Sequence record: SRR2962707_925
Strand: one strand, 5' to 3'
DNA length: 64,000 bases
Both the position numbers and the translations under genes were made by a program. Positions 1 through 8,688 of the stretch are shown here, in pieces. Under the pieces are notes generated by a model. It was not told the DNA's origin. It did no database searches and was given only the letters and a program-made list of their open reading frames with translations. Positions within the stretch are counted from its first letter, which is position 1, and the number at the start of each line of letters is the position of its first letter.

Positions 1-351
1 CAGGCCAAAGCCCCAGTTGATCCAACTGGCGATCAGCGCGATGAAGGTAACCAGTACAATTGCCTGGCCCGGTGTTCTGGCAAGGCCTGCAATCCGGTTC
101 AGGATGCCACGCACCAGTGGGGTGCTCGCCATCATGAAGCCGGTGACCAGTACCAGCAGCATTTGCATTGAGAAGGTCAGCAGGTTCCAGAAACCGTCCC
201 CCCACATCTTTACTACCGCCATGGGGCTATGCCCCTGGAACACCATAGCGGCAACGAATGACAGCAGTGTCAGTATGATGACGAATAGGTAGGGGTCCGG
301 TAGGTATTTGTCTACCAGACTGACCATAGGTTTGGCTGCTCTGTCTAACAC
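1..351 (-). CDS. atoE: Short-chain fatty acid transporter AtoE family (5' part; runs off the window edge)
   Basis: Not in the ORF track. Manual translation from GTG at 351 gives MLDRAAKPMVSLVDKYLPDPYLFVIILTLLSF...MWGDGFWNLLTFSMQMLLVLVTGFMMASTP, a typical AtoE N-terminus; GGGGA RBS upstream. Confidence 0.85.
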   Translation of the reverse strand, partial: MLDRAAKPMVSLVDKYLPDPYLFVIILTLLSFVAAMVFQGHSPMAVVKMWGDGFWNLLTFSMQMLLVLVTGFMMASTPLVRGILNRIAGLARTPGQAIVLVTFIALIASWINWGFGL

Positions 352-583
352 ATTGTCCCCCAATATTTTTTTCAGCTTGTTTTGTTGCTGGCAAGCTAAA
401 CTAAAAGCCTGGGGTAGCACCAACTATCCTTTCGCCGTATTGCATTACTCATTCATTGGGGGAGGGGGGTACTCCAACCTTCGTCTATTGCTCCCAGATA
501 GCCCGATTTCTATAATCAATCGTTGGTCCGCTGCCTGATAGCGGCACAGCGATCTTCACAATCCCAATAAAAAGGAAAACCAC

Positions 584-1594
584 ATGTTGAAACGTCGCTC
601 TCTTCTTGCTGCCGCGGCGGCTACCCTGCTGTTCAGTGCCGTTGCTCAAGCCGACTACAAGGATGAATACACCGTTTCCACCGTACTGCCGTCTGCGTTT
701 CCCTGGGGCCAGGCTGCCGACAAATGGGTGGAGCTGGTGAAAGAGCGCTCCGATGGGCGTATCAACATGAAAATCTACAGCAACTCCCAACTGGTTTCCG
801 GTGACCAGACCAAAGAGTTCTCGGCGATGCGCTCCGGGCTGATCGATATGTCGGTGGGGTCCACCATCAACTGGTCGCCTCAGGTGCCTGAACTGAACCT
901 GTTTTCCCTGCCTTTCCTGATGCCGGATTATGCCGCCATCGATGCGATCACCCAAGGTGAAGCTGGCGAGGCTGTCTTTGCCGCGATCAAGAAGCGTGGT
1001 GTTACACCGCTGGCCTGGGGCGAGAATGGCTTCCGCGAGCTCTCCAACTCCAAGCTGACCATCGATGAGCCGGCCGATCTGGATGGCCTGAAAATCCGCG
1101 TAGTCGGTTCGCCGCTGTTCCAGGATACCTTTACGGCCCTGGGCGCTAACCCCACCCAGATGAGCTGGGCTGATGCCAAGCCGGCGCTGACCACCGGTGC
1201 CGTCGACGGCCAGGAGAACCCGTTATCGGTCTTTGACGTGGCGCGTATCGATCAGGTTGGCCAGAAGTACCTGACCCGCTGGCACTACATGGCGGACCCG
1301 CTGGTGTTTGCAGTCAGCAACAGCATCTGGGACCAGTTCAGCGAGGAAGACCAGGCGCTGCTGAAGCAGGCGGCGATTGATGCAGGCCAGTGGGAAATCG
1401 AGAAATCCCGTAGCGAAATCGATGCGACCCTGGCCGCCATCAAGGAACGTGGCGTAGAGGTCACCGAACTGACTGATGAGCAGCGTGATGCCTTCATGAA
1501 GGCCACCCAGTCGGTTTATGAAACATGGACTCCGCGCATTGGCGAGGATCTGGTCAAGCAAGCGCAGGAAGCGGTCGCCAACCGTAACCAGTAA
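584..1594 (+). CDS. dctP: TRAP transporter substrate-binding protein DctP
   Basis: Signal peptide, GENGFRE, GLKIRV and VDGQENP motifs; AAGGA RBS. Confidence 0.93.
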   Translation: MLKRRSLLAAAAATLLFSAVAQADYKDEYTVSTVLPSAFPWGQAADKWVELVKERSDGRINMKIYSNSQLVSGDQTKEFSAMRSGLIDMSVGSTINWSPQVPELNLFSLPFLMPDYAAIDAITQGEAGEAVFAAIKKRGVTPLAWGENGFRELSNSKLTIDEPADLDGLKIRVVGSPLFQDTFTALGANPTQMSWADAKPALTTGAVDGQENPLSVFDVARIDQVGQKYLTRWHYMADPLVFAVSNSIWDQFSEEDQALLKQAAIDAGQWEIEKSRSEIDATLAAIKERGVEVTELTDEQRDAFMKATQSVYETWTPRIGEDLVKQAQEAVANRNQ

Positions 1595-1609
1595 GAGCGA
1601 TCTGTTCAG

Positions 1610-1633
1610 GCGCCCACCGGAAACGGTAGGCGC
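1610..1633 (+). other. Intergenic stem-loop after dctP (probable mRNA-stabilising/attenuating hairpin)
   Basis: gcgcc-c-accg GAAA cggt-a-ggcgc inverted repeat between dctP and dctQ. Confidence 0.5.
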
Positions 1634-1654
1634 TCTTTCCGAACCGGAGTTACC

Positions 1655-2149
1655 ATGCCGTCCCGACCTCCCAAATTCCGGCTCGATGCCTGGCTGGCCA
1701 CCATTGCCCTGGTTGCGATCTGCTTGATCAGCCTCGGCAATGTGATCGTGCGCTACGCGACAGATGCCTCCTTTGCCTTTACCGAGGAATTCTCGGTGTT
1801 CCTTTTGGTGGTGCTTACCTTCGCAGGCGCTGCGGTGGCTGCGCGACACAACCAGCACATTCGCATCGAGTTGATCGAGCACTATCTGCCGTCCTGGGCA
1901 CGAAAGGTGGTGTTTGTCCTGCAATGGCTGGGCGGGGTGATGGTCTTGGGGATCATGACGTGGTATGGCAGTACTTTCGCCTTGCAGGAATACCAGTGGG
2001 AGTCATTGTCACCGGGTCTGGGATTACCCAACTGGATTTACGTGATTTGGCTGCCGCTACTATCTGCAGCCATCATCATCCGCATAACCCAGAACCTTGT
2101 TGATCGCCTTCGCGGCCGGGAAGACCCGGAGGTGATCCATGAGTCCTGA
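1655..2149 (+). CDS. dctQ: TRAP transporter small permease DctQ
   Basis: Four TM segments, NVIVRY / FTEE / HIRIE motifs; lies between dctP and dctM. Confidence 0.9.
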   Translation: MPSRPPKFRLDAWLATIALVAICLISLGNVIVRYATDASFAFTEEFSVFLLVVLTFAGAAVAARHNQHIRIELIEHYLPSWARKVVFVLQWLGGVMVLGIMTWYGSTFALQEYQWESLSPGLGLPNWIYVIWLPLLSAAIIIRITQNLVDRLRGREDPEVIHES

Positions 2150-3443
2150 TCTGCTGATGATTGGCAGTTTCCTGCTGGCGTTGCTGTTGGGCATGCCGGT
2201 CGCAATTGCCCTGGGCCTGGGCGGGCTGATGGGTATCGTAGCGGGACTGCCGCCCGCGATGCTGGGCACGTTTGGTACCAACACGTATAACAGCGTAGCC
2301 AAATACCCGCTGATTGCGATTCCCCTGTTTATTCTTACCGGCCTGATCTTCGAGCGTGCGGGCGTTGCTGCCGCGCTGGTGCGATTTGCCCAGTCGATCA
2401 TCGGCCCCCGCCATGGTGGGCTGACCGTTGTTGCGGTGCTGGTGTGTCTGATCATGGGTGGCATGAGCGGTTCTGGTCCAGCTGATGCGGCCGCTGTTGC
2501 CATGGTGATGCTGCCAAGCATGCAGAAGGCCGGTTATCCGAAGCCGTTTTCGGCGTCGTTGATTGCGGCTTCGTCGTCCACAGCAATCCTGATTCCGCCG
2601 TCCATTGCATTGATTCTTTATTCCATCGTGGTGCCTGGTGTTGATCTGCGGGCGCTGTTCGCCGCCGGTATTTTCCCGGGCATCCTGGCGGGTGTGTCTC
2701 TGCTGGCGCCAGCGTTGTATTTCGCGAAAAAGTACCGTTGGGAAGACCCCGAAGCGGTCGAACGCCCGCCTTTCTGGCCCAGCCTCAAGGCGGCCTTGCC
2801 CGCGCTGTTTGCACCGGTGATCATTCTTGGCGGCCTGCGCTCAGGCCTGTTTACGCCCACTGAGGCGGCCGTGGTGGCGGTGGCATACGGCGTGCTGGTC
2901 GGTTGCGTGTTGTATCGCAATCTCAGCTTGCGGAACCTCTGGGGCCTGATGACAGACGCCGCCGTTACCTCCGGTGTGGTGATGTTTATCATTGCGCTGG
3001 CGGGCATCTTCGCCTGGGCGGGGACGACGCTGGGTACTTTCCAGCACCTTGCGGATGCCTTGTTGTCGCTCTCGGAAAACGGCTGGGTGCTGTTGGGTCT
3101 GGTGATGGTCCTGGTGCTGATTGCCGGAATGTTGCTGGATGCAATCTCCATCTACCTGATCCTGATCCCGATTGTTCTGCCGCTGATGAATCACTTTGGC
3201 TGGAACCCGATCTGGTTTGGCATATTGCTGGCCATGAACATCGCCATTGGCCAGTTCACCCCACCAGTCGCCGTGAACCTGATGGTCACCACTCGCATCG
3301 CCAATATCCGCCTGGAACACACCATCGGTTGGGCCATGGTGTTTGTGGCTGCGATGGCTGTCAGCCTGGTGCTGGTGATGTTGGTGCCGGGGATTGCGTT
3401 GTGGTTACCGGAAAAGCTTGGTTATGTCGTGGGTCCATGGTAA
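2139..3443 (+). CDS. dctM: TRAP transporter large permease DctM
   Basis: AIPLFIL, SGSGPADAAA, LIPPSI, FTPTEAA, TPPVAVNL motifs. Confidence 0.93.
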   Translation: MSPDLLMIGSFLLALLLGMPVAIALGLGGLMGIVAGLPPAMLGTFGTNTYNSVAKYPLIAIPLFILTGLIFERAGVAAALVRFAQSIIGPRHGGLTVVAVLVCLIMGGMSGSGPADAAAVAMVMLPSMQKAGYPKPFSASLIAASSSTAILIPPSIALILYSIVVPGVDLRALFAAGIFPGILAGVSLLAPALYFAKKYRWEDPEAVERPPFWPSLKAALPALFAPVIILGGLRSGLFTPTEAAVVAVAYGVLVGCVLYRNLSLRNLWGLMTDAAVTSGVVMFIIALAGIFAWAGTTLGTFQHLADALLSLSENGWVLLGLVMVLVLIAGMLLDAISIYLILIPIVLPLMNHFGWNPIWFGILLAMNIAIGQFTPPVAVNLMVTTRIANIRLEHTIGWAMVFVAAMAVSLVLVMLVPGIALWLPEKLGYVVGPW

Positions 3444-3485
3444 ATAGAGCACCGCTACGCTTCGCGGCCTCCCCAAGGATTACCT

Positions 3486-4277
3486 ATGAACCAACTTGAT
3501 CTGCTTTACGGATTCAGCAGTGTCGTTATCGTTGTAATTCTCTTCATGGCGATAGTTGCGCTTAATGAAGTGGGATTTAGAGTAGGGCGCTTCGTACAGT
3601 CCCATACGGACGATGAAGTTAAAGCGCTTACGAGTTCCATTCAGGCCAGCGTACTGGGTTTATTGGCATTGTTGCTCGGGTTTACATTCAGCATGTCCAT
3701 GCAACGATATGATAATCGAAGTATGGCCTTAATAGATGAAGCGAATGCCATAGGAACCGCAATACTGAGGGTTCAATTGCTGCCAGAGGAATACAGAGAC
3801 GAAGCTGGCAATCTATTCCGGCAATATGTTGGTTTGCGTGTAGAAATTGGCCAGTTGGACCTTACCAAAACGGAAGAGCGTACTTCCTACAATGATAAAA
3901 TCGCCGACTTGCAGAATCGGTTATGGGCATTGGCAATATCAGCTACCGAGGTGGACCCCCGCCCGGTAACAACTGGCGCATTTGTAAAATCACTCAATGA
4001 CGTTATTGATAGCCAAGGTAAAAGAAATGCATTGCTTCAAATGCAAGTTCCAGAAGTTGTACTGGTTTTACTGTTTATAGTGTTCGTCTCCTCCGGGGGG
4101 ATAATGGGGTATTCCGCAGGGTTGAGTGGAAAACGTATGTTCGCGCCGATAGTGTTGGTTTCCATACTGATTACCTTGATCGTCTTTATAATAATTGATC
4201 TGGATCGACCAAAGCGCGGTCTTATACAGGTGAACCAGAGTGTCATGACTCAACTGCTGAATGATCGCAAGGAGTGA
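3486..4277 (+). CDS. Hypothetical membrane protein (DUF4239/bestrophin-like)
   Basis: LLALLLGFTFSMS..RYD.R...EANAIGTA and IIDLDRP..GLI motifs; four TM segments; visibly more AT-rich than flanks. Confidence 0.7.
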   Translation: MNQLDLLYGFSSVVIVVILFMAIVALNEVGFRVGRFVQSHTDDEVKALTSSIQASVLGLLALLLGFTFSMSMQRYDNRSMALIDEANAIGTAILRVQLLPEEYRDEAGNLFRQYVGLRVEIGQLDLTKTEERTSYNDKIADLQNRLWALAISATEVDPRPVTTGAFVKSLNDVIDSQGKRNALLQMQVPEVVLVLLFIVFVSSGGIMGYSAGLSGKRMFAPIVLVSILITLIVFIIIDLDRPKRGLIQVNQSVMTQLLNDRKE

Positions 4278-4278
4278 T

Positions 4279-4524
4279 TCATTCCCTTGCCGTTGTCTTG
4301 TGCTTAGTCACTTGCGCCCGATATTCTGGCACCGGCAATCCCCCGATTCCCCAGTCCTCAAGCGCCACTTCATCAATCACGACCATGGTTGAGGCCGGTT
4401 TCTTGTCCAGAATTCGAACGAGCAAGTCGGTAACGCCTGCGATCAGTTCCGCTTTCTGTTGCGCAGAGGGTCCCTTGCCCTCAGGGCCGCCTTCGCGGGT
4501 AATTTTGATATTGACGTACGGCAT
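4279..4524 (-). CDS. 4-oxalocrotonate tautomerase family protein
   Basis: N-terminal Pro (MPYVNIKIT), QKAELIAGVT, WGIGG motifs; 81 aa. Confidence 0.9.
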   Translation of the reverse strand: MPYVNIKITREGGPEGKGPSAQQKAELIAGVTDLLVRILDKKPASTMVVIDEVALEDWGIGGLPVPEYRAQVTKHKTTARE

Positions 4525-4526
4525 GG

Positions 4527-4916
4527 TCAGTCTCCCTGGCTTGTGATTTCATAGTGAAAGATTTTGGCCATGATGGCCCAGCGGCCTTGATCGTAGATCA
4601 GGGTCAGGAAATCGGTGTAGTCGCGGCCCATCATGGTCATTTCCACTCGCGCGAACGCGAGAGTCGGGCCTCCCGTTTCGATCGAAATGATGCGCTCGTT
4701 GCGGGTTTCTCCGTTGCTTGCTGGCGGCACCCGTTGATCCAGCACCTTCCGGTATTCGTCGAACGACAGTACCCGGTAATCCTCTGGTGTCGCACTCACA
4801 TACTGGGCGTGCGGATGGAACACGCCAGAGAGCATGGCGCTGTCGGCCTTGTGCAGTCCTTCAAAATAGGTTTCGAGCAGGATCGGGATGGCTTCGTAAG
4901 GCTTGGGTGAGTTCAT
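4527..4916 (-). CDS. NTF2-like (putative lumazine-binding/SnoaL-like) protein
   Basis: YFEGLH..D...L..VFHP.A and YTDFLTL....GRWAIMAKIF pattern. Confidence 0.8.
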   Translation of the reverse strand: MNSPKPYEAIPILLETYFEGLHKADSAMLSGVFHPHAQYVSATPEDYRVLSFDEYRKVLDQRVPPASNGETRNERIISIETGGPTLAFARVEMTMMGRDYTDFLTLIYDQGRWAIMAKIFHYEITSQGD

Positions 4917-5515
4917 TGTGCGACCAGTCCTTCCGACGACATTGCGGCTTTAACGCTCGGCCGGGCCGAAATGCGATTCCAGAGGGTGTTCAGGAACGGC
5001 CAATCCTTGATATCGATCCCGGGCACGGCGGCCCAACTGCAGACTACAAAAAGGTAGGCGTCAGCAACGGTGAAGGTGTCGCCCACCAGATAGGCTCGAC
5101 CATCGTCGAGCAGAGACTCCAGGTAGTCGAAATGGCGGGGGATGGTCTCAAGTGCCTGGGCACGTTGTTCGTCCGTTGCGCTGGCTTTGAAGAAGGGACC
5201 AAAGGCCTTGTGCAGCTCCGATGCAATGTAGTTCAGGTGCTCCTGCAAACGGGCTCGCTCAATTGTGCCTACGTCGGGTATCAATGTAGTTGATTCCGCC
5301 AGGTATTGAAGGATCGCAGCGCCTTCGGTCAGTACCGCTCTGCCGGTATCCAGCGCCGGCACATAACCTTTGGGGTTGACGGTTTTATAGTCGATACCGG
5401 ACTCGGTGCGCTGGGTTTGGGTATCAACGGGCTCAAGGGTGAAATCAATACCCAGTTCTCTAAGTACAATGTGTGTCGCCAGTGAGCAGGCGCCGGGCTT
5501 GAAATACAGTTTCAT
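4913..5515 (-). CDS. gstA: Glutathione S-transferase (beta class, GstA-like)
   Basis: MKLYFKPGACSLATHI, NPKGYVPAL, LTEGAAILQYLA, SELHK motifs. Confidence 0.9.
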   Translation of the reverse strand: MKLYFKPGACSLATHIVLRELGIDFTLEPVDTQTQRTESGIDYKTVNPKGYVPALDTGRAVLTEGAAILQYLAESTTLIPDVGTIERARLQEHLNYIASELHKAFGPFFKASATDEQRAQALETIPRHFDYLESLLDDGRAYLVGDTFTVADAYLFVVCSWAAVPGIDIKDWPFLNTLWNRISARPSVKAAMSSEGLVAQ

Positions 5516-5587
5516 GGGTAGATCTCCTTTGTGTGATAAGCACTGGGCTTGGACACAGAGGAGATTACTGCCTGCAATAAGAATAAA

Positions 5588-5602
5588 ATAATATTGAGTT
5601 AT
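5588..5602. promoter_or_regulatory. Putative LysR-type binding site (ATAA-N7-TTAT) in the divergent gst/lysR promoter
   Basis: ataa tattgag ttat contains T-N11-A dyad symmetry, in an AT-rich intergenic region between divergent genes. Confidence 0.5.
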
Positions 5603-5657
5603 TATGATAATGATAATTTAATAGAATCATCTTTGGTTGAAGAAACAAGAGGCGTCG

Positions 5658-6533
5658 ATGAAGCTGGAGCAATTGCGTGTACTGGATGCCATCGTGACGC
5701 AAGGCAGCTTTCGCAAAGCGTCTGAGGTGCTCTACAAATCCCAGCCCGCTTTGAGCCAGGCTATCAAAAGCCTGGAAGAGGAAACCGGGCTAACCCTGCT
5801 GTCCCGGGAGAGTTACCGCCCGGTGCTTACCCCAGCCGGTAAGGCCTATTACCGCCAGGCACGGGGTGTACTGGACCAGGTACAGGCTCTGAAGGAGTTG
5901 GCCGGCAAGTTGTCGGCCAGCCAGGAAGCGGAGGTGCGGCTGTCGGTATCCGCCACTTGTCCGTTGGGTAATCTCCTGTCAGTGATCGGTGAGCTCAAGG
6001 AGGCATACCCAGCCACGGATATCCGGCTGATGTCGGATGCCATGGGTGGCAGTGCAGAACGACTCATGGCGGGCGAGGTTGATTTTATCATCGCCACAAT
6101 GGATGGTCTTTCCACAGAGGCAGTTCATGCTTCGCCCTACACCGCCGTGAATATCATCCCGGTAGCCCATCCCGGCTATGGTCCGGCAAGCAGTCGCAAG
6201 CGGCTGAGCAATGCTGAAATGCGCCCGTACGTTCAGGTTGTGGTGGCGGGTACCGGGCAGGGGCGATATGACCAGAGCCGGGACGTGGTTCCGGAGAGCC
6301 TACGGTGGACGGTGTCGGATTTTGCCGCTAAAAAAGAGATTGTGCTGGCCAGGATGGGATGGGGCGGTCTGCCGGAGCACTTGATTGCCCGTGAATTGGA
6401 GGCCGGCGAACTGGTAACGCTTGACCTGAAAGGTTACCCGATCCGCCGTTCACAGCTTCACCTGGTGCGTCGTCGGGAAGGCGCTCTGGGGGTGGTTGCC
6501 CATGAGCTTTGGGAGCGACTCTCCACCAATTAA
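5658..6533 (+). CDS. LysR family transcriptional regulator
   Basis: N-terminal HTH GSFRKASEVLYKSQPALSQAIKSLE; ATG at 5658 with GAGG RBS (the ORF track starts at 5637). Confidence 0.92.
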   Translation: MKLEQLRVLDAIVTQGSFRKASEVLYKSQPALSQAIKSLEEETGLTLLSRESYRPVLTPAGKAYYRQARGVLDQVQALKELAGKLSASQEAEVRLSVSATCPLGNLLSVIGELKEAYPATDIRLMSDAMGGSAERLMAGEVDFIIATMDGLSTEAVHASPYTAVNIIPVAHPGYGPASSRKRLSNAEMRPYVQVVVAGTGQGRYDQSRDVVPESLRWTVSDFAAKKEIVLARMGWGGLPEHLIARELEAGELVTLDLKGYPIRRSQLHLVRRREGALGVVAHELWERLSTN

Positions 6534-6550
6534 CAATCTAGAGGTAAAAA

Positions 6551-7591
6551 ATGACCATCCAGAATGTGCTGGGAATTGATCTGCCTGTCATCCAGGCGCC
6601 AATGGCCGGCGTGCAGGGGCATGAACTGGCTGTAGCGGTGTCCAATGCTGGAGGGCTGGGCTCGTTGCCCTGTGCCATGCTCAGCTCTGAGGCACTGCGA
6701 AAAGAGTTGGAAGCACTGACAAGCCAGACCAGCAAGCCCTACAACGTCAACTTCTTCTGTCACACCCCGCCAGAGCCCGACGCCGAAGCAGAGCGTCATT
6801 GGCGCAAGGCCCTCTCGCCATATTTTGACGAGCTGGGTATTGATTCCAATGATGTATCCGCACAAGCAGGAAGGGCCCCTTTCAGCTCAGAGGCAGCGGA
6901 TGTGCTGGCGGACTTCAAGCCGCCGGTGGTGAGTTTTCATTTTGGCTTGCCAGCACAAGAGTTGATGGCGCGTATAAGAGGGTGGGGCGGGAAGATACTG
7001 TCGACCGCCACAACCGTGGACGAAGCGCTCTGGCTGGAGGCGCAGGGCGTCGATGCCATTATCGCGCAAGGGCTTGAAGCAGGTGGCCATCGCGGATTTT
7101 TTCTGTCGCGGGATATCAGCACTCAGGTCGGCACTTTTGCCTTGATTCCACAATTGGTAGACGCGGTGAACATTCCCGTTATCGCCGCTGGCGGTATTGC
7201 AGACTCCAAAGGCGTACAGGCTGCAATGGCGCTTGGGGCGGCCGGAGCGCAGATTGGCACCGCGTATTTGTTGTGCCCCGAAGCTCAAACCAAAGCAGTG
7301 CATCGCGCCGCCCTGAAATCAGAGGCCGGCCGTGTTACCGCACTGACTAATGTGTTCAGCGGTGGCGCCGCCCGGGGTATTGTGAACCGAATAATGCGTG
7401 AACTGGGGCCGATGAGTTCCAAAGCTCCTGCTTTCCCCCTGGCGTCATCCGCCATTGCACCATTGCGTGCAAAAGCCGAAGCTGAGGGGAGCGGTGACTT
7501 TTCGCCTCTGTGGGCGGGGCAGAATGTTGGTGGCTGCAAGGAAGTTTCTGCTGCAAGTCTTACACGGGAGATCGGGACTTCTTCGAAGTAA
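6551..7591 (+). CDS. Nitronate monooxygenase family flavoprotein
   Basis: IQAPMAG, VSNAGGLG, QGLEAGGHRG, AAGGIAD, LWAGQ motifs. Confidence 0.9.
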   Translation: MTIQNVLGIDLPVIQAPMAGVQGHELAVAVSNAGGLGSLPCAMLSSEALRKELEALTSQTSKPYNVNFFCHTPPEPDAEAERHWRKALSPYFDELGIDSNDVSAQAGRAPFSSEAADVLADFKPPVVSFHFGLPAQELMARIRGWGGKILSTATTVDEALWLEAQGVDAIIAQGLEAGGHRGFFLSRDISTQVGTFALIPQLVDAVNIPVIAAGGIADSKGVQAAMALGAAGAQIGTAYLLCPEAQTKAVHRAALKSEAGRVTALTNVFSGGAARGIVNRIMRELGPMSSKAPAFPLASSAIAPLRAKAEAEGSGDFSPLWAGQNVGGCKEVSAASLTREIGTSSK

Positions 7592-7752
7592 GAAGCCGGA
7601 GCCGGTGATGTTTGAGGGCTATTCGACGCTATGATGCAGCGAGAAGCCAAATTAACCTTGTCTTCGTAGTTGCCTGCAATAGACTGATAACTGCAGCCGG
7701 AAACCCGTCTTAGGGTGTTGTTGCGGCTTGATAATCAAAGAAAGGCCAACCA

Positions 7753-8685
7753 ATGAGAGGAATAACCGTGCCCGCTATCTCCCCTTTTTACCGCGCAGCG
7801 GCTTTTACCCTTGTTCTGATCTCCGGGCCGGCTCTGGCTGCTGATCCGGTGGTGGTGTCGTCCAAGATCGATACGGAAGGTGCTGTGTTGGGCCAGATGG
7901 TCCTGCAAACCCTTGAAGAAGCCGACATTCCGGTTGAGAACCGCCTGCAGCTCGGCGCGACCAGCATCGTTCGCAATGCTATCAAGGCCGGCGAGATAGA
8001 TCTGTACCCGGAGTACACCGGCAATGCCGCTTTCTTCCATGATCAGGCAGACCGGGACATCTGGAAAGATGCCGCCAAGGCCTACGAGCAGGCTGCCAGC
8101 CTTGATAAGAAGGCCCATAACATTGTCTGGCTAACACCGGCGAAAGCCAACAATACCTGGGCCATGAGTGTGCGGGGCGATCTGGCACGTGAGAACGGCT
8201 TGAACACGCTTGAAGATCTGGCTTCCTATATCAATGGCGGCGGCGCCTTCAAGTTTGCGGCCAGTGCCGAGTTTGTTGAATCCGCCAGTGCCTTGCCGGC
8301 GTTCCAGGAAGCGTACGGTTTCAAACTGGGGTCTGACCAGTTGCTGATCCTGTCCGGCGGCAACACTGCTGCGACGCTCCGGGCTGCGGCCCTGACCGAC
8401 AACGATGTGAATGGCGCCATGACCTACGGCACTGATGGTGGTCTGAACGCACTCGATCTGAAGGTGATGGAGGACACATTGGGTGTCCAGCCAGTCTATC
8501 AGCCCGCGCCTATCGTGCGCGCAGAGGTGCTGGAAACGTATCCGAACATCCGCGAAGTTCTTGCGCCGGTCTTTGAGTCACTGGACCTGGAAACCCTTCA
8601 GCGTCTGAATGGTCAGGTTGCGGTGAATGGTGTACCTGCCGAAGCAGTTGCCCGGGACTATCTGGATTCCCTGGCTCAGGACTAA
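7753..8685 (+). CDS. osmF: Glycine betaine/osmoprotectant ABC transporter substrate-binding protein (OsmF/YehZ-like)
   Basis: VSSKIDTEG, YPEYTGN, ANNTWA, YGTDG, QPVYQPAP motifs; alternative GTG start at 7768. Confidence 0.88.
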   Translation: MRGITVPAISPFYRAAAFTLVLISGPALAADPVVVSSKIDTEGAVLGQMVLQTLEEADIPVENRLQLGATSIVRNAIKAGEIDLYPEYTGNAAFFHDQADRDIWKDAAKAYEQAASLDKKAHNIVWLTPAKANNTWAMSVRGDLARENGLNTLEDLASYINGGGAFKFAASAEFVESASALPAFQEAYGFKLGSDQLLILSGGNTAATLRAAALTDNDVNGAMTYGTDGGLNALDLKVMEDTLGVQPVYQPAPIVRAEVLETYPNIREVLAPVFESLDLETLQRLNGQVAVNGVPAEAVARDYLDSLAQD

Positions 8686-8688
8686 GAT

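Noticed and set aside
3445-3480. gcaccgctacgcttcgcggc as an attC/REP remnant before the AT-rich gene
   Set aside because: No RYYYAAC/GTTRRRY core pair, no second copy seen, and no integrase in the window.
5606-5624. Fur-box-like GATAATGATAAT in the gst/lysR spacer
   Set aside because: Only the first 12 of 19 consensus positions match, the region is very AT-rich, and the flanking genes are not iron-related.
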